A stretch of 64,000 nucleotides of DNA, from positions 164,056 through 228,055 of the forward strand of contig CAZVQU010000001.1 in NCBI GenBank assembly GCA_964629655.1, read 5' to 3'. The notes under the pieces were generated by a model. It did no database searches. It worked only from the letters and a program-made list of their open reading frames with translations, and was not told where the DNA came from. A program made the translations under genes and the position numbers. Origin of the DNA: an uncultured Planctomycetia bacterium. Lineage in GTDB: Bacteria; Omnitrophota; Gorgyraeia; Duberdicusellales; 4484-171. Below are positions 7,410 through 17,285 of the stretch, piece by piece (position 1 is the first letter of the stretch; each line of letters begins with the position of its first letter).

Positions 7410-10271
7410 CTATTTTCCACAACACTTCTTGTATTTCTTACCGCTACCGCAAGGGCAAGGTTCATTTCTGCCTACCTTCTTAGTAACAGAAATAGTCTTA
7501 GGGGCCGGGGGGGACTTTTCTTTGCTTTTATCCAAAGGTGTGTATTGGGAGTGTATAAAATTTTTGGCTGAATCAGTGAAGACTCCTACCTCTTCTTCTG
7601 CGGGTTTTATCTTTGATCTAAAAGCTAACTCGGCAATACCTTCTTTAATCGCAACAACCATCTCCTGAAAAGCAAAATAAGATTCTTTTTGATATTCTAC
7701 TAAGGGATCAACATGAGCATGAGCCCGCAAATGTATGCCCTCTCTCAGATGATCTACAGTTAAAAGATGCTCCTTCCAACGAGAATCCACAACCCATAGG
7801 CTAACTGCTTTTTCCATCTGACGCATATTCTGAAATCCAGATTTTTCTTCCTTCTCCCGATAAATACTTCTAAGCCTTTTACTGAGGAAATCTACTGCCT
7901 GGTCAGGCAATAAACTACTAAGTTCATCAATCGGTATCTCTAAATCAAACTTGGATTTTATCCAATGAGCCAATCCTATAAAATTACTCTCTTCCTGAAA
8001 ATAATGAGGAATGTCCCTCTCTAAGAACTCATCAACCATAGAAAGGATTTCCTCTTTCATATTTTTGTTCTCTAAAATCTCTTTTCTCTGACTATAGATA
8101 ACCTCTCTTTGTTTATTCATCACATTATCATACTGCAAGAGTTGTTTTCGAATCTCAAAATTATGAGCCTCTACCTTCTTTTGAGCAGCAGCTAAAGAAT
8201 GATTAATAAGTCCGTGCTCTATTGGCTGATCTTCAGAAAAGCCAAAGGCTTCCATCAAACCATAAATCCTCTCCGAACCAAATAGACGCATTAAATCATC
8301 CTCTAGCGAGACATAGAAACGAGAGGAACCGGGATCACCTTGACGTCCCGACCTACCCCTAAGCTGATTATCAATTCTTCTTGCTTCGTGACGCTGAGTG
8401 CCGATGATATACAAACCTCCCAATTTAATAACTTCGTCATGCTCAGCCTGAAATTTATCCTTATGCTCATTATTTAAATGCTCATATTCTTCTCTGTAGC
8501 TAGGACTTTCAGCAAGTATATTATTGCGGGCTAAGATATCTTTAATAAAGTAGTCAATATTCCCTCCTAAAACTATATCGGTGCCTCGTCCAGCCATATT
8601 AGTAGCAATGGTTATCTGGGATAGATGACCGGCCTGGGCAATAATGACAGCCTCTTTCTCATGATACTTAGCATTCAAAATATTGTAAGGGATACCTTTC
8701 TTCTGGAGCAAAAAAGAAAGTTGCTCTGAGTCTTCAATTGAAGTTGTACCCACCAAAACAGGCCTCTTTATCTTGTAAAGCTCTTCAATCTCACCTATTA
8801 CAGCATTAAATTTACCCCTCTTGTTCTTGTAAATTCTATCAGCACAATTCTCCCTTATTAAAGGTTTATTCGTAGGAACTGCCATTACATCTAACTTGTA
8901 GATATGATTAAATTCGCTAGCCTCTGTATAAGCAGTTCCAGTCATCCCAGCTAGCTTATCGTACATTCGAAAGTAATTCTGTAGAGTAATTGTGGCTAGA
9001 GTCTGGCTCTCTTCTTGAATTCTTAAACCTTCCCTTGCCTCTACAGCTTGATGCAGACCATCAGACCAACGCCGACCCGACATAAGCCGGCCGGTAAACT
9101 CATCAACAATAACTACCTTGCCATCTTTTACTATATATTCTCTATCTCTGTGAAAAAAATTATGTGCTCTAAGGCTTTGAGTAAGATAATGTTTCCAGGA
9201 ATTAGAAAGTTTATCCGGTGTTTCTTCGGAAATGCTGCTAATACCTAAAAGTTTTTCAGCTCTTTTTTCACCTTTTGGGGTAAAATCAATATTTTGAGTT
9301 TTCTCTTCACCGATTGCATCAAAATTCTGCTCTAGCTCTTCGGAAGATAGTTTCGTCTCACTTCCATCAAGATTCTTCAAGGTAATCGTTCCGTCTGTTT
9401 TATTATAAAAACTCTGGATAATAAGCTTAGTTTTTAATTGCTTAACTATTCTGTCAGCATCATAATATTTTTTTACATTACTCTCAGCAGGACCGGATAT
9501 AATCAAAGGTGTCCTGGCTTCATCTACCAATATAGAATCAACCTCATCAACTATTGCATAAAAATGTTCTCTTTGAACCATATCCGCCAAATTAGTCACC
9601 ATATTGTCGCGAAGATAATCAAACCCAAATTCATTATTAGTTCCATAGGTTATATCGCAAAGATAAGCTGTTCTTCTTTGCTGCTTGGGCATATCTTGCT
9701 GGATAACCCCGCAAGATAAGCCTAAGAACTCATAGATTGGCTCCATCCACTCTTTATCACGCTTAGCTAAATAGTCATTAACCGTGATGATGTGAACACC
9801 TTCACCGGTAAGGGCATTCAAAGATGCGGCAAGAGTCGCCACAAGAGTTTTTCCTTCTCCGGTAACCATCTCGGCTATTTTATTTTTATGTAGGATAATT
9901 CCACCCAGGATTTGAACATCAAAATGGCGCATCTTCACTGTCCTCTTTGCTGCCTCTCTGACCATCGCAAAGTAGAAAGGAAGAATTTCATCAAGAATAC
10001 TTTCGACTACCTCTTTATACTTCTGGGGGGCTACATTGGCAGTCCTAGATCTTATTAATTCCTTAAATTCAGATGTTTTTTCTTTGAAGAATCCATCGGG
10101 TTTATCTATCAAAGCTTCTTCTTGAGAATTAACCTTACTAACTAAAGAAGCTAGAGGGGGTATCTCCTTTAAGGAAGGGGTGGGAAGTTCACGATTTAAG
10201 CAAATATCCGCTTTAGGCCTTAAGACATTAATCTTTTTCTGGCAGCTTTTAAGAATAAATTTTTTAATCAT
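7410..10271 (-). CDS. secA: Preprotein translocase subunit SecA
   Basis: TGEGKTL, DEVDSILVDEARTPLIISG, ATNMAGRGTDI, RRIDNQLRGRSGRQGDPG, C-terminal CPCGSGKKYKKCCG. Confidence 0.98.
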   Translation of the reverse strand: MIKKFILKSCQKKINVLRPKADICLNRELPTPSLKEIPPLASLVSKVNSQEEALIDKPDGFFKEKTSEFKELIRSRTANVAPQKYKEVVESILDEILPFYFAMVREAAKRTVKMRHFDVQILGGIILHKNKIAEMVTGEGKTLVATLAASLNALTGEGVHIITVNDYLAKRDKEWMEPIYEFLGLSCGVIQQDMPKQQRRTAYLCDITYGTNNEFGFDYLRDNMVTNLADMVQREHFYAIVDEVDSILVDEARTPLIISGPAESNVKKYYDADRIVKQLKTKLIIQSFYNKTDGTITLKNLDGSETKLSSEELEQNFDAIGEEKTQNIDFTPKGEKRAEKLLGISSISEETPDKLSNSWKHYLTQSLRAHNFFHRDREYIVKDGKVVIVDEFTGRLMSGRRWSDGLHQAVEAREGLRIQEESQTLATITLQNYFRMYDKLAGMTGTAYTEASEFNHIYKLDVMAVPTNKPLIRENCADRIYKNKRGKFNAVIGEIEELYKIKRPVLVGTTSIEDSEQLSFLLQKKGIPYNILNAKYHEKEAVIIAQAGHLSQITIATNMAGRGTDIVLGGNIDYFIKDILARNNILAESPSYREEYEHLNNEHKDKFQAEHDEVIKLGGLYIIGTQRHEARRIDNQLRGRSGRQGDPGSSRFYVSLEDDLMRLFGSERIYGLMEAFGFSEDQPIEHGLINHSLAAAQKKVEAHNFEIRKQLLQYDNVMNKQREVIYSQRKEILENKNMKEEILSMVDEFLERDIPHYFQEESNFIGLAHWIKSKFDLEIPIDELSSLLPDQAVDFLSKRLRSIYREKEEKSGFQNMRQMEKAVSLWVVDSRWKEHLLTVDHLREGIHLRAHAHVDPLVEYQKESYFAFQEMVVAIKEGIAELAFRSKIKPAEEEVGVFTDSAKNFIHSQYTPLDKSKEKSPPAPKTISVTKKVGRNEPCPCGSGKKYKKCCGK

Positions 10272-11366
10272 TTAATCTAGTGATTGAGAGCTATCATACT
10301 CTAGGTAACTGTAAATAAACTCATCTATCTTACCATCTAAGACTGCCTTTGCGTCATGATTTTCTAAGTTTGTCCTATGGTCTTTTACCAAAAGGTAAGG
10401 GTGCAAAATATAAGAACGAATTTGAGAACCCCATTCAATTTTCTGTTTTTTCCCGGAAGTCTCCTCAAGCTCCTTTCTACTTTCGGCTTCTTTACATTCA
10501 TACAATTTCGCTTTGAGAATCTTTAAGGCTACCTGCTTATTCTGATATTGAGAGCGTTCATTTTGGCAAGTAACTATAATCTTTGAAGGTAGGTGAGTAA
10601 TCCTTACCGCCGAATCAGTAACGTTTACATGCTGACCGCCAGCTCCTGAAGCCCGGAAGGTATCTATCTTTAAATCTTCTAATTTTATTTCAATTTCAAT
10701 ATCATCCTTTATCTCTGGAAGCACACCGACTGAAGCAAAAGATGTGTGGCGCCTCTTATTGGCGTCAAAAGGAGAAATCCTCACTAAACGATGAACTCCT
10801 ATCTCTGACCTCAATAATCCGTAAGCCTTTCTGCCTTCAATAAAAAAAGTAACACTCTTTACCCCGGCCTCATCACCTCTAAGTTCATTCAATACCTTAA
10901 ACTTAAATTTCTTATCCTCAGCCCACCTAAAATACATCCTAAATAACATACTAGCCCAATCACAAGCTTCGGTGCCTCCGGCTCCAGAATTTATTTCGAT
11001 AATAGCACTAGCGGTGTCAAACTTACCTGAAAAGAGAATTCTTAATCTTAAACGCTGACAATCACCCCTTAATTCCTTTTCTTCAGTTAAAATATCTTTC
11101 TCAAGACTAGGCTCATAGATGGAAAGAAGTTCTATTAGATTATTAAGCCTGCCACTTAGATCATCCCAATCATCAACATCGCTCTTAACTTCTTTAAGCG
11201 AAGCTATCACCATGGCTGCTTGTTTTGAATCTGTCCAAAAATCAGGCTCAGACATCTTAAGCTGTAGCTCCTTAACCTGGGTACGCTTGGGCTCAACATT
11301 AAGCATCTGGCCTAAATTCTTAACTTCCTCTTCTAATTTATCTATTTGTTTTTTTATCTCTTGCAT
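10272..11366 (-). CDS. prfB: Peptide chain release factor 2
   Basis: SPF tripeptide (RISPFD), GAGGQHVN, WGSQIRSY; continuous ORF. Confidence 0.97.
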   Translation of the reverse strand: MQEIKKQIDKLEEEVKNLGQMLNVEPKRTQVKELQLKMSEPDFWTDSKQAAMVIASLKEVKSDVDDWDDLSGRLNNLIELLSIYEPSLEKDILTEEKELRGDCQRLRLRILFSGKFDTASAIIEINSGAGGTEACDWASMLFRMYFRWAEDKKFKFKVLNELRGDEAGVKSVTFFIEGRKAYGLLRSEIGVHRLVRISPFDANKRRHTSFASVGVLPEIKDDIEIEIKLEDLKIDTFRASGAGGQHVNVTDSAVRITHLPSKIIVTCQNERSQYQNKQVALKILKAKLYECKEAESRKELEETSGKKQKIEWGSQIRSYILHPYLLVKDHRTNLENHDAKAVLDGKIDEFIYSYLEYDSSQSLD

Positions 11367-11433
11367 AATCTCACTAAAGCTTTTTGACTAGTTTTGGGAT
11401 TTTTGACTATTGTGTCAGCTAAAGGTTCTCGTT

Positions 11434-12510
11434 CTATCCTTCTAGCTTCCCCCGAGTCCTTAATTCCATTGCCAGTTCTTCTTTGCTATCAGCATACTCT
11501 AGGGCAACTTCAGGACTAACTTTACCTGATTCAACAAGTTCCAGTAAAGATTTTTGGAAATTAACCATTCCGTAGATATCTCCGGAATCAATATACTTAG
11601 GAACTTCCCAAAGCTTATCCTCCCTTATAAGGCGAGATATTGAAGGACTTAGTACCATTGATTCACAGGCCGGGATAAGCCCTGGCTTATCACATCTGGG
11701 AAGCAACCTCTGCGACAATACTCCCTTGATGAGAGAGGAAAGCTGGTTAAGAACAAACTTATGTTGATGAGAAGGAAATAAATTTACTAATCTCTCTACT
11801 GTTGAAGCTGCATTTACCGTATGCAGAGTAGAAAAAACAAGGGCTCCTGTTTGGGCAACAGTTAAGGCTGCATGGCAGGTTTCAACATCACGGATATTTC
11901 CGATATAAATAACATCCGGGGAATGTAAGGCAAATTGCTTAAGAGCATCCTTATAACTCCAGACATCCGTACCTATCTCCCGCTGATTTATTATTGACTT
12001 TTTATCCTCAAAGGTAAATTCGATAGGTTCTTCGATAGTAAAGATATGACGACCGAAATTATTATTAATATACTCTATCATACTGGCAATAGTTGTAGAC
12101 TTTCCGCTCCCAGTTATGCCAGTAAGAAAGATTATTCCTCTTTTTTCTTGACAAAACTTCTTTAATAATTCAGACGGGAGATTAAGATCTTCAAGGGAAG
12201 GAATACGTAAATCAATTTTTCTTACTACTAAAGCTAAGGTACTCCTCTGATAAAATACGCCGACACGAAAACGCCAAAAATCCTTATACCAATACGTAAA
12301 CTCACACCCCTTTTGGCTTCTTAGCTTTTCCTTATCGCTCTCGCGAGTTATTTCCTTAACAATCATGTTTATATTATCTGAACTTATTATCTTATCGCTA
12401 ACCGTCTCTACCCTAGAATAAACCCTTCCCTTAAGGTTTCCATTAGCTCTTATGAAGATATCTGATATATTTTTTTCAATCATTATGTCGAGAATTTCTT
12501 TAAAAGTCAT
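11434..12510 (-). CDS. pilT: PilT/PilU family type IV pilus retraction ATPase
   Basis: GITGSGKST, TIEEPIEF, INQREIG, TGALVFSTLHT; SD GAGGAGG. PilT vs PilU is not resolved. Confidence 0.85.
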   Translation of the reverse strand: MTFKEILDIMIEKNISDIFIRANGNLKGRVYSRVETVSDKIISSDNINMIVKEITRESDKEKLRSQKGCEFTYWYKDFWRFRVGVFYQRSTLALVVRKIDLRIPSLEDLNLPSELLKKFCQEKRGIIFLTGITGSGKSTTIASMIEYINNNFGRHIFTIEEPIEFTFEDKKSIINQREIGTDVWSYKDALKQFALHSPDVIYIGNIRDVETCHAALTVAQTGALVFSTLHTVNAASTVERLVNLFPSHQHKFVLNQLSSLIKGVLSQRLLPRCDKPGLIPACESMVLSPSISRLIREDKLWEVPKYIDSGDIYGMVNFQKSLLELVESGKVSPEVALEYADSKEELAMELRTRGKLEG

Positions 12511-12611
12511 TACTTACCTCCTCAATAATCCCGCCAACGGCGAGGGAACTGACCCTGAGCGACTTCGGCACTACGTCGAAAAAATCAAAGGGCCTAAAAA
12601 TAATTTCTTTC

Positions 12612-12881
12612 CTATTTTATCATATCTCTTATTTTTTTCTCTAAATTTATTAGTTTTTCCTTTAGATCTCGGCCCAAAGAATATCCGCCTAATTCTTTTG
12701 AGGATTTTATTACCCGGTGGCAAGGGATAAATAAAGGGTAAGGATTCTTTGCTAAGGCATTTGCTACCGCCCTATAAGCCTTAGGCCTGCCAACTTTTCT
12801 TGCTACCCACTTATAACTACGTAACTGGCCTAAGGGAATCCTTGAAACCACTCCTAATACTTTCTTCTCAAAGTCAGTCAT
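12612..12881 (-). CDS. ogt: Methylated-DNA--protein-cysteine methyltransferase (C-terminal domain only)
   Basis: IPLGQLRSY, RAVANALAKNP, IPCHRV active-site motif. Confidence 0.9.
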   Translation of the reverse strand: MTDFEKKVLGVVSRIPLGQLRSYKWVARKVGRPKAYRAVANALAKNPYPLFIPCHRVIKSSKELGGYSLGRDLKEKLINLEKKIRDMIK

Positions 12882-14110
12882 TTGTTTTTAGTTATAGTGA
12901 CTGTTCTCCTCTTGCGAAGTACTAATCCGTAAGCATGGGCAAATCTATGAGCCTCGTCTCTGGCTCTTTGAATTAAATGCAGCCCGGGATTACTTCTAGG
13001 AATAGTCAGGGGGTTTTTTTCCGAAACCGTCCAAACCTCCTCGTTCTTTTTGGCAATACCAATAAGAGGAACCGAAACCCTAAGCGTTTCTAATTCTTTA
13101 TATGCTCGCAAAAGATGGCCTTTACCTCCATCGACAATGATTAAATCCGGCAAAGGGGAATTCTCTTTCTTAAGGCGAGAGTACCTTCTTCTTATAACTT
13201 CAGCAATCATATCATAGTCATCCCTCTCTCTCGCTGTTCTTATTTGAAAACGGCGATAACTATTCTTATCAGGAACTCCATCCCTAAAGATCACCACTGA
13301 ACCCACACAATCACTTCTGCCCAAAGAAGAAATGTCTATAGCTTCTATGAGCAAGGGAAGCTTGGGTAAATTTAAGATCTCCTTTAAAGCAATAATCTCA
13401 TGGGCTTGGGGTTTGCCCTTATAGAGACTGTCAATGGCTAATAATTTATCTCTTAGGGAAGCGGCCCATTCAAACTTTTTTGCTGCTGCCGATTTCTTCA
13501 TCTTAGCAGTTAACTCCTTAGCTAGCTCTCTCCTCTGCCCCTTTAATATTCTGCAAATACTCTGTATAGTGCTCCTGTAAGCACTCATCGACACCTTCCC
13601 CGCGCAGGGAGCCGGACAAAGCTTAAGATGAAAGAATAAACAAGCTTCCTTTGGCATTCTCCTGCAAGAACGATAAGGAAAAACTCTTCTTATTAAAGTT
13701 AGAGCCGACTCTAAAGTCTTTGCCTGAGGGTAAGGACCAAAAAGAATGTTTTTATTCTTTGCCTTAGGCCTTGAAATAAAAATTCTCGGAAATTTCTCCT
13801 TAGTTATTTCAATATAAGGATAACTCTTGTTGTCCCTAAGAGAAATATTATATCTTGGTTTTTTCTCTTTGATTAGAGCGGCTTCTAAAATTAAAGCCTG
13901 TTCTGAGCTCTCACATTCGATATAATCAATATCACTTACATTCTTAAGCAGGCTGTCAGTTTTGAGATCACCTGTTTTAGAAAAATAACTGCTGACTCTC
14001 TTTCGCAAAGAAGAAGCTTTGCCGACATAAAGAATTCTACCCCCCTTTAATTTCATGATGTAGACACCGGGGCTTTGTGGCAATCTTTTTACTTTCTCTC
14101 TAATGCCCAT
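12878..14110 (-). CDS. uvrC: Excinuclease ABC subunit C (compact form)
   Basis: GIY-YIG (PGVY..LYVGKA..LRKRVSSYF), RNase H-like IDIS, PDLIIVDGGKG, RDEAHRFA. Confidence 0.92.
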   Translation of the reverse strand: MGIREKVKRLPQSPGVYIMKLKGGRILYVGKASSLRKRVSSYFSKTGDLKTDSLLKNVSDIDYIECESSEQALILEAALIKEKKPRYNISLRDNKSYPYIEITKEKFPRIFISRPKAKNKNILFGPYPQAKTLESALTLIRRVFPYRSCRRMPKEACLFFHLKLCPAPCAGKVSMSAYRSTIQSICRILKGQRRELAKELTAKMKKSAAAKKFEWAASLRDKLLAIDSLYKGKPQAHEIIALKEILNLPKLPLLIEAIDISSLGRSDCVGSVVIFRDGVPDKNSYRRFQIRTARERDDYDMIAEVIRRRYSRLKKENSPLPDLIIVDGGKGHLLRAYKELETLRVSVPLIGIAKKNEEVWTVSEKNPLTIPRSNPGLHLIQRARDEAHRFAHAYGLVLRKRRTVTITKNK

Positions 14111-15624
14111 TTTTTCAAATAATCGATCTGCTTTATTCCAAGAATATACCCACCGATAATAAATATACCCAGTAGTGATATTACAACAATCAGCATGTTG
14201 ATATATTTATTAAAGAAAAGGGAATTTAAAAGGATACGGGCAGTAATTCCTATAGCAACGCTTAGCAGAAGGGTTTTTAAAAATTGGATTCTGGTATCCT
14301 GAAAATCTATTTTACCTATTCTTCTTCTAAGCCAGTAATAAAGGAGGCAAAAATTAAACGCTGCTGCTAAACTACTGCCTAAAGCTACACCACCAATCTT
14401 TAAAGGAAACATCAAAATAGCACTTAGGATAATATTGACAGCTAAAGAGAGAGTCGCAGTCTTTGCTGGAAGAGTCGTCTCCTTTAAAGCGTAGAAAGAA
14501 TTAACTAATAATTTTATACCGCAGAAGAAAAACAAGCCAAAAGAATAGAAGAAAAGAACTGAAGCGGTCATGCTTAAAGAATTAATATCAAATTTACCCC
14601 GAGTAAAGATAACATTAATTATATCTTCGGAGGCAAAAATAAAGAAGCTGACCAAGGGAATGATAAAGAAAATAATGTTCTGGAGAGAAAAAACAAAGAG
14701 TTTCTTAAAATCATCCATATTGCCTTTGTGATGGTAAGAAGATAAATCAACAATGGCAACTCGGGATATCGAAAGAGCAATAAGGGCAAACGGGAATTGA
14801 ATCAACCGATTAGCATAGTAGACCGAAGCTAGGGCTCCCTGGCCTACTATTGAGACCAAAGAAGAAAATATGGTATCAATAAATACACTTAGATGATAAA
14901 CAATGCTAGACCAAATTCGGGGGATGAATAGCTTTAGCATTCGGATGATTACACTATTTCTTAGAGATTTAAAAAAGTTCAATCTTAAGACAAAGCCTTC
15001 TCTCTTGAGAGAAATAAAAGGGAAAAGTAATTGGATTACACCGGCAACCAATACACAGGCAATCAGAATATAGCCCTCGTTGGACCGGCTAAAGAATATT
15101 ATCCCAACGATAAAAGAAATATTTAAAAAGACCGGGTTTATGGCCGGAACGAAGAACTTCTTAAGCGAATACAGAAGAGAGACAACATTGGCTGAAAGAC
15201 CGATAAAAAAGAGATAAATAAAGGTTATCTTGGTAAAAGATACAGCTAAATTAAATTTGAAACTTTCAGCAATGAATCCCGGGGCGATAAGAATAACCAG
15301 AAACTTAGCAAAAATAATCCCCAGGACAGTCGCAACAAGAAGGACAACTGCAAAAAGGGAGAGCAGATGGTTACCTATCTGGAATATTCTCTCTTTATTG
15401 CCTTGATGTTCCGAAAGGACCGGTGTAGCTACCGAGTCAGAGAAACCTTCGGCAAAAACACTCCTAAATATATTAGGCAGGCGAAAAGATACAATAAATG
15501 CCTCAAGAATCCCAGTAGTACCGAAAAAATTAGCAATTAATATATCCCGGATAAACCCTAGCACTCGCGAAGATAATGTTCCTAAACCCAATATATATGT
15601 ATTCTTTATGATTCTCTTAAGCAT
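14089..15624 (-). CDS. murJ: Lipid II flippase MurJ (MviN)
   Basis: SRVLGFIRD, FRLPNIFRSVFAEG, YANRLIQFP, multi-TM. Confidence 0.95.
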   Translation of the reverse strand: MLKRIIKNTYILGLGTLSSRVLGFIRDILIANFFGTTGILEAFIVSFRLPNIFRSVFAEGFSDSVATPVLSEHQGNKERIFQIGNHLLSLFAVVLLVATVLGIIFAKFLVILIAPGFIAESFKFNLAVSFTKITFIYLFFIGLSANVVSLLYSLKKFFVPAINPVFLNISFIVGIIFFSRSNEGYILIACVLVAGVIQLLFPFISLKREGFVLRLNFFKSLRNSVIIRMLKLFIPRIWSSIVYHLSVFIDTIFSSLVSIVGQGALASVYYANRLIQFPFALIALSISRVAIVDLSSYHHKGNMDDFKKLFVFSLQNIIFFIIPLVSFFIFASEDIINVIFTRGKFDINSLSMTASVLFFYSFGLFFFCGIKLLVNSFYALKETTLPAKTATLSLAVNIILSAILMFPLKIGGVALGSSLAAAFNFCLLYYWLRRRIGKIDFQDTRIQFLKTLLLSVAIGITARILLNSLFFNKYINMLIVVISLLGIFIIGGYILGIKQIDYLKKWALERK

Positions 15625-15645
15625 AAATCTTATCTAAAAAAAGGC

Positions 15646-15674
15646 TTGACATTATTGCGGTATTTCTATAAAAT
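15646..15674 (+). promoter_or_regulatory. sigma70 promoter for rpsT
   Basis: TTGACA-N17-TAAAAT, followed by SD TAAGGAGG before ATG 15698. Confidence 0.75.
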
Positions 15675-15697
15675 CATCCCTAAGCTAAGGAGGAAAC

Positions 15698-15973
15698 ATG
15701 CCCCAAAGAAAAACAGCAAAAAAAGACTTAAAGCAAAACAAAAAAAGACAGCAAAGGAATTTAGAGATCAAGCAAAGCGTAAAAGATGCAATAAAAAAGC
15801 TTAAAAGAGCTGTAGACTCTAAAGATGCTTCGACCAGGGAAAAAGCCCTGACCGAAGTGTATAAAATTCTTGATAAAGCCGCTTCCAAAAATATAATTCA
15901 TCGTAACAAAGCATCCCGGAAAAAAAGCCGTCTCTCTAGGCTACTGAAGAAAACCACTTCTAAATCTTCCTAA
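15698..15973 (+). CDS. rpsT: 30S ribosomal protein S20
   Basis: KTAKK..N, LDKAASKNIIHRNKASRKKSRL. Confidence 0.96.
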   Translation: MPQRKTAKKDLKQNKKRQQRNLEIKQSVKDAIKKLKRAVDSKDASTREKALTEVYKILDKAASKNIIHRNKASRKKSRLSRLLKKTTSKSS

Positions 15974-16040
15974 AGCTCACCTTAAGCAAATAAAATATCA
16001 CGGAACAGATTAGCTCTGCCTTTTAGAGCCCTAATATTAT

Positions 16041-16733
16041 TCAATTGGGTCCAAGAACTCGTACTAAGAGTGACTCGATAACTAGACGAGGATCCATACC
16101 TTTTTCTTTTATCGCCCGATCTGCCTTCCACAAATATTTAAAATACCTCTCTTTCTCGGTAGGATTTTTAAGAAAAGAAAGCTTTCTAACTAATATTCCT
16201 ATAATCTGCGGTCCTAATATTTTATCTTTGGAGCCACCGGCAAATAACTTCTCAAGGATATACACCGAAACTGCCAAATCATTCCTTTTCAAGCTTGTTA
16301 TAAAATCCTCTATTGTAGCTTTTTCCCTAGTTGAAACTACCCTGAACAAAGCCGCTCTTTTTAAAACAGAGACAAAAAATTCATCATTAGTAAACCGCTT
16401 ATCTCTTTGAAACTGGTAGTAATCTTTATCGGTCTCAAAGATAAGATAACTATTAGATAATACCCTCTTTAAATTACCAAAAAGGAATTTCCTTGCTGCC
16501 GAAGGCAAATCCTGAGAATTCTTAAAAACTGCTATCTTACCTCCTCCGAAAGAAGTGGTAAAAAGTTTTTCTCCTAAATCCTTAGGATTTACCTCTTTGC
16601 CATAAAAGGTAAGAACATTAAGAGATGACTCTTTCCCTTTTAGTATTCTTTTCTTTATATTTTCTACTGCCCGTTGCCGCTGCAAAAAATTAGTTCCCGA
16701 AATTAAAAAAACTCTTTCTCTGATGTTTACCAT
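16041..16733 (-). CDS. holA: DNA polymerase III delta subunit (short, divergent)
   Basis: VFLISG..N, TTSFGGGKIAV, WKADRAIKEKG.DPRLVIE; lptE-holA-rpsT synteny. Confidence 0.75.
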   Translation of the reverse strand: MVNIRERVFLISGTNFLQRQRAVENIKKRILKGKESSLNVLTFYGKEVNPKDLGEKLFTTSFGGGKIAVFKNSQDLPSAARKFLFGNLKRVLSNSYLIFETDKDYYQFQRDKRFTNDEFFVSVLKRAALFRVVSTREKATIEDFITSLKRNDLAVSVYILEKLFAGGSKDKILGPQIIGILVRKLSFLKNPTEKERYFKYLWKADRAIKEKGMDPRLVIESLLVRVLGPN

Positions 16734-17245
16734 TCTTCCGTAACTGCCTCACATATTCTTCTTGCCGTATCATCTATTAAATCCAGCTGAGCAGCACTCT
16801 CACTCTTTGAATTAGCTCCGGTAAGATAGTAAGTAGTCTCTCCAGTGACATCCTTCTCTTTCAATACTCCTCCATCACCGGATGTAAGCTTTATGTGAGC
16901 GTGGAGACGCAGGCGTTGCTCACTTACTGCATCGCTATCAGTGTAACGTAGGGTCTCTTTACTGTAGTCATTCACCGTGCAAACAAGTTTTAAAGCTTTC
17001 GGGTCTTCGCTTACTACCTTAAGATTTCCGTCGATATTAAACTTACTAACTATCTCATTAGTCAATCTATTCTCAATCAAAATAGGGAAACTCGTATAAT
17101 CTGAGTATTTTCTATTCTCAGAAGTAATATTTATCTTGTTTATTACTGGCTTAATCACTATTGCATCTTCGGTATAAATAAAACCTCGCGTGGTGTACCC
17201 ACAACCAACCACAACAAGAAGTAATAAAACTAAGAAATTTTTCAT
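16727..17245 (-). CDS. lptE: LPS assembly lipoprotein LptE family
   Basis: Start re-assigned to ATG 17245 (SD AGGAGG); lipobox VVGC-GY; C-terminal ARRICEAVTEEW; upstream of holA. Confidence 0.8.
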   Translation of the reverse strand: MKNFLVLLLLVVVGCGYTTRGFIYTEDAIVIKPVINKINITSENRKYSDYTSFPILIENRLTNEIVSKFNIDGNLKVVSEDPKALKLVCTVNDYSKETLRYTDSDAVSEQRLRLHAHIKLTSGDGGVLKEKDVTGETTYYLTGANSKSESAAQLDLIDDTARRICEAVTEEW

Positions 17246-17285
17246 CGGTCGCCTCCTGTAACTTTTTTGCTCTATCCTCAATTAA

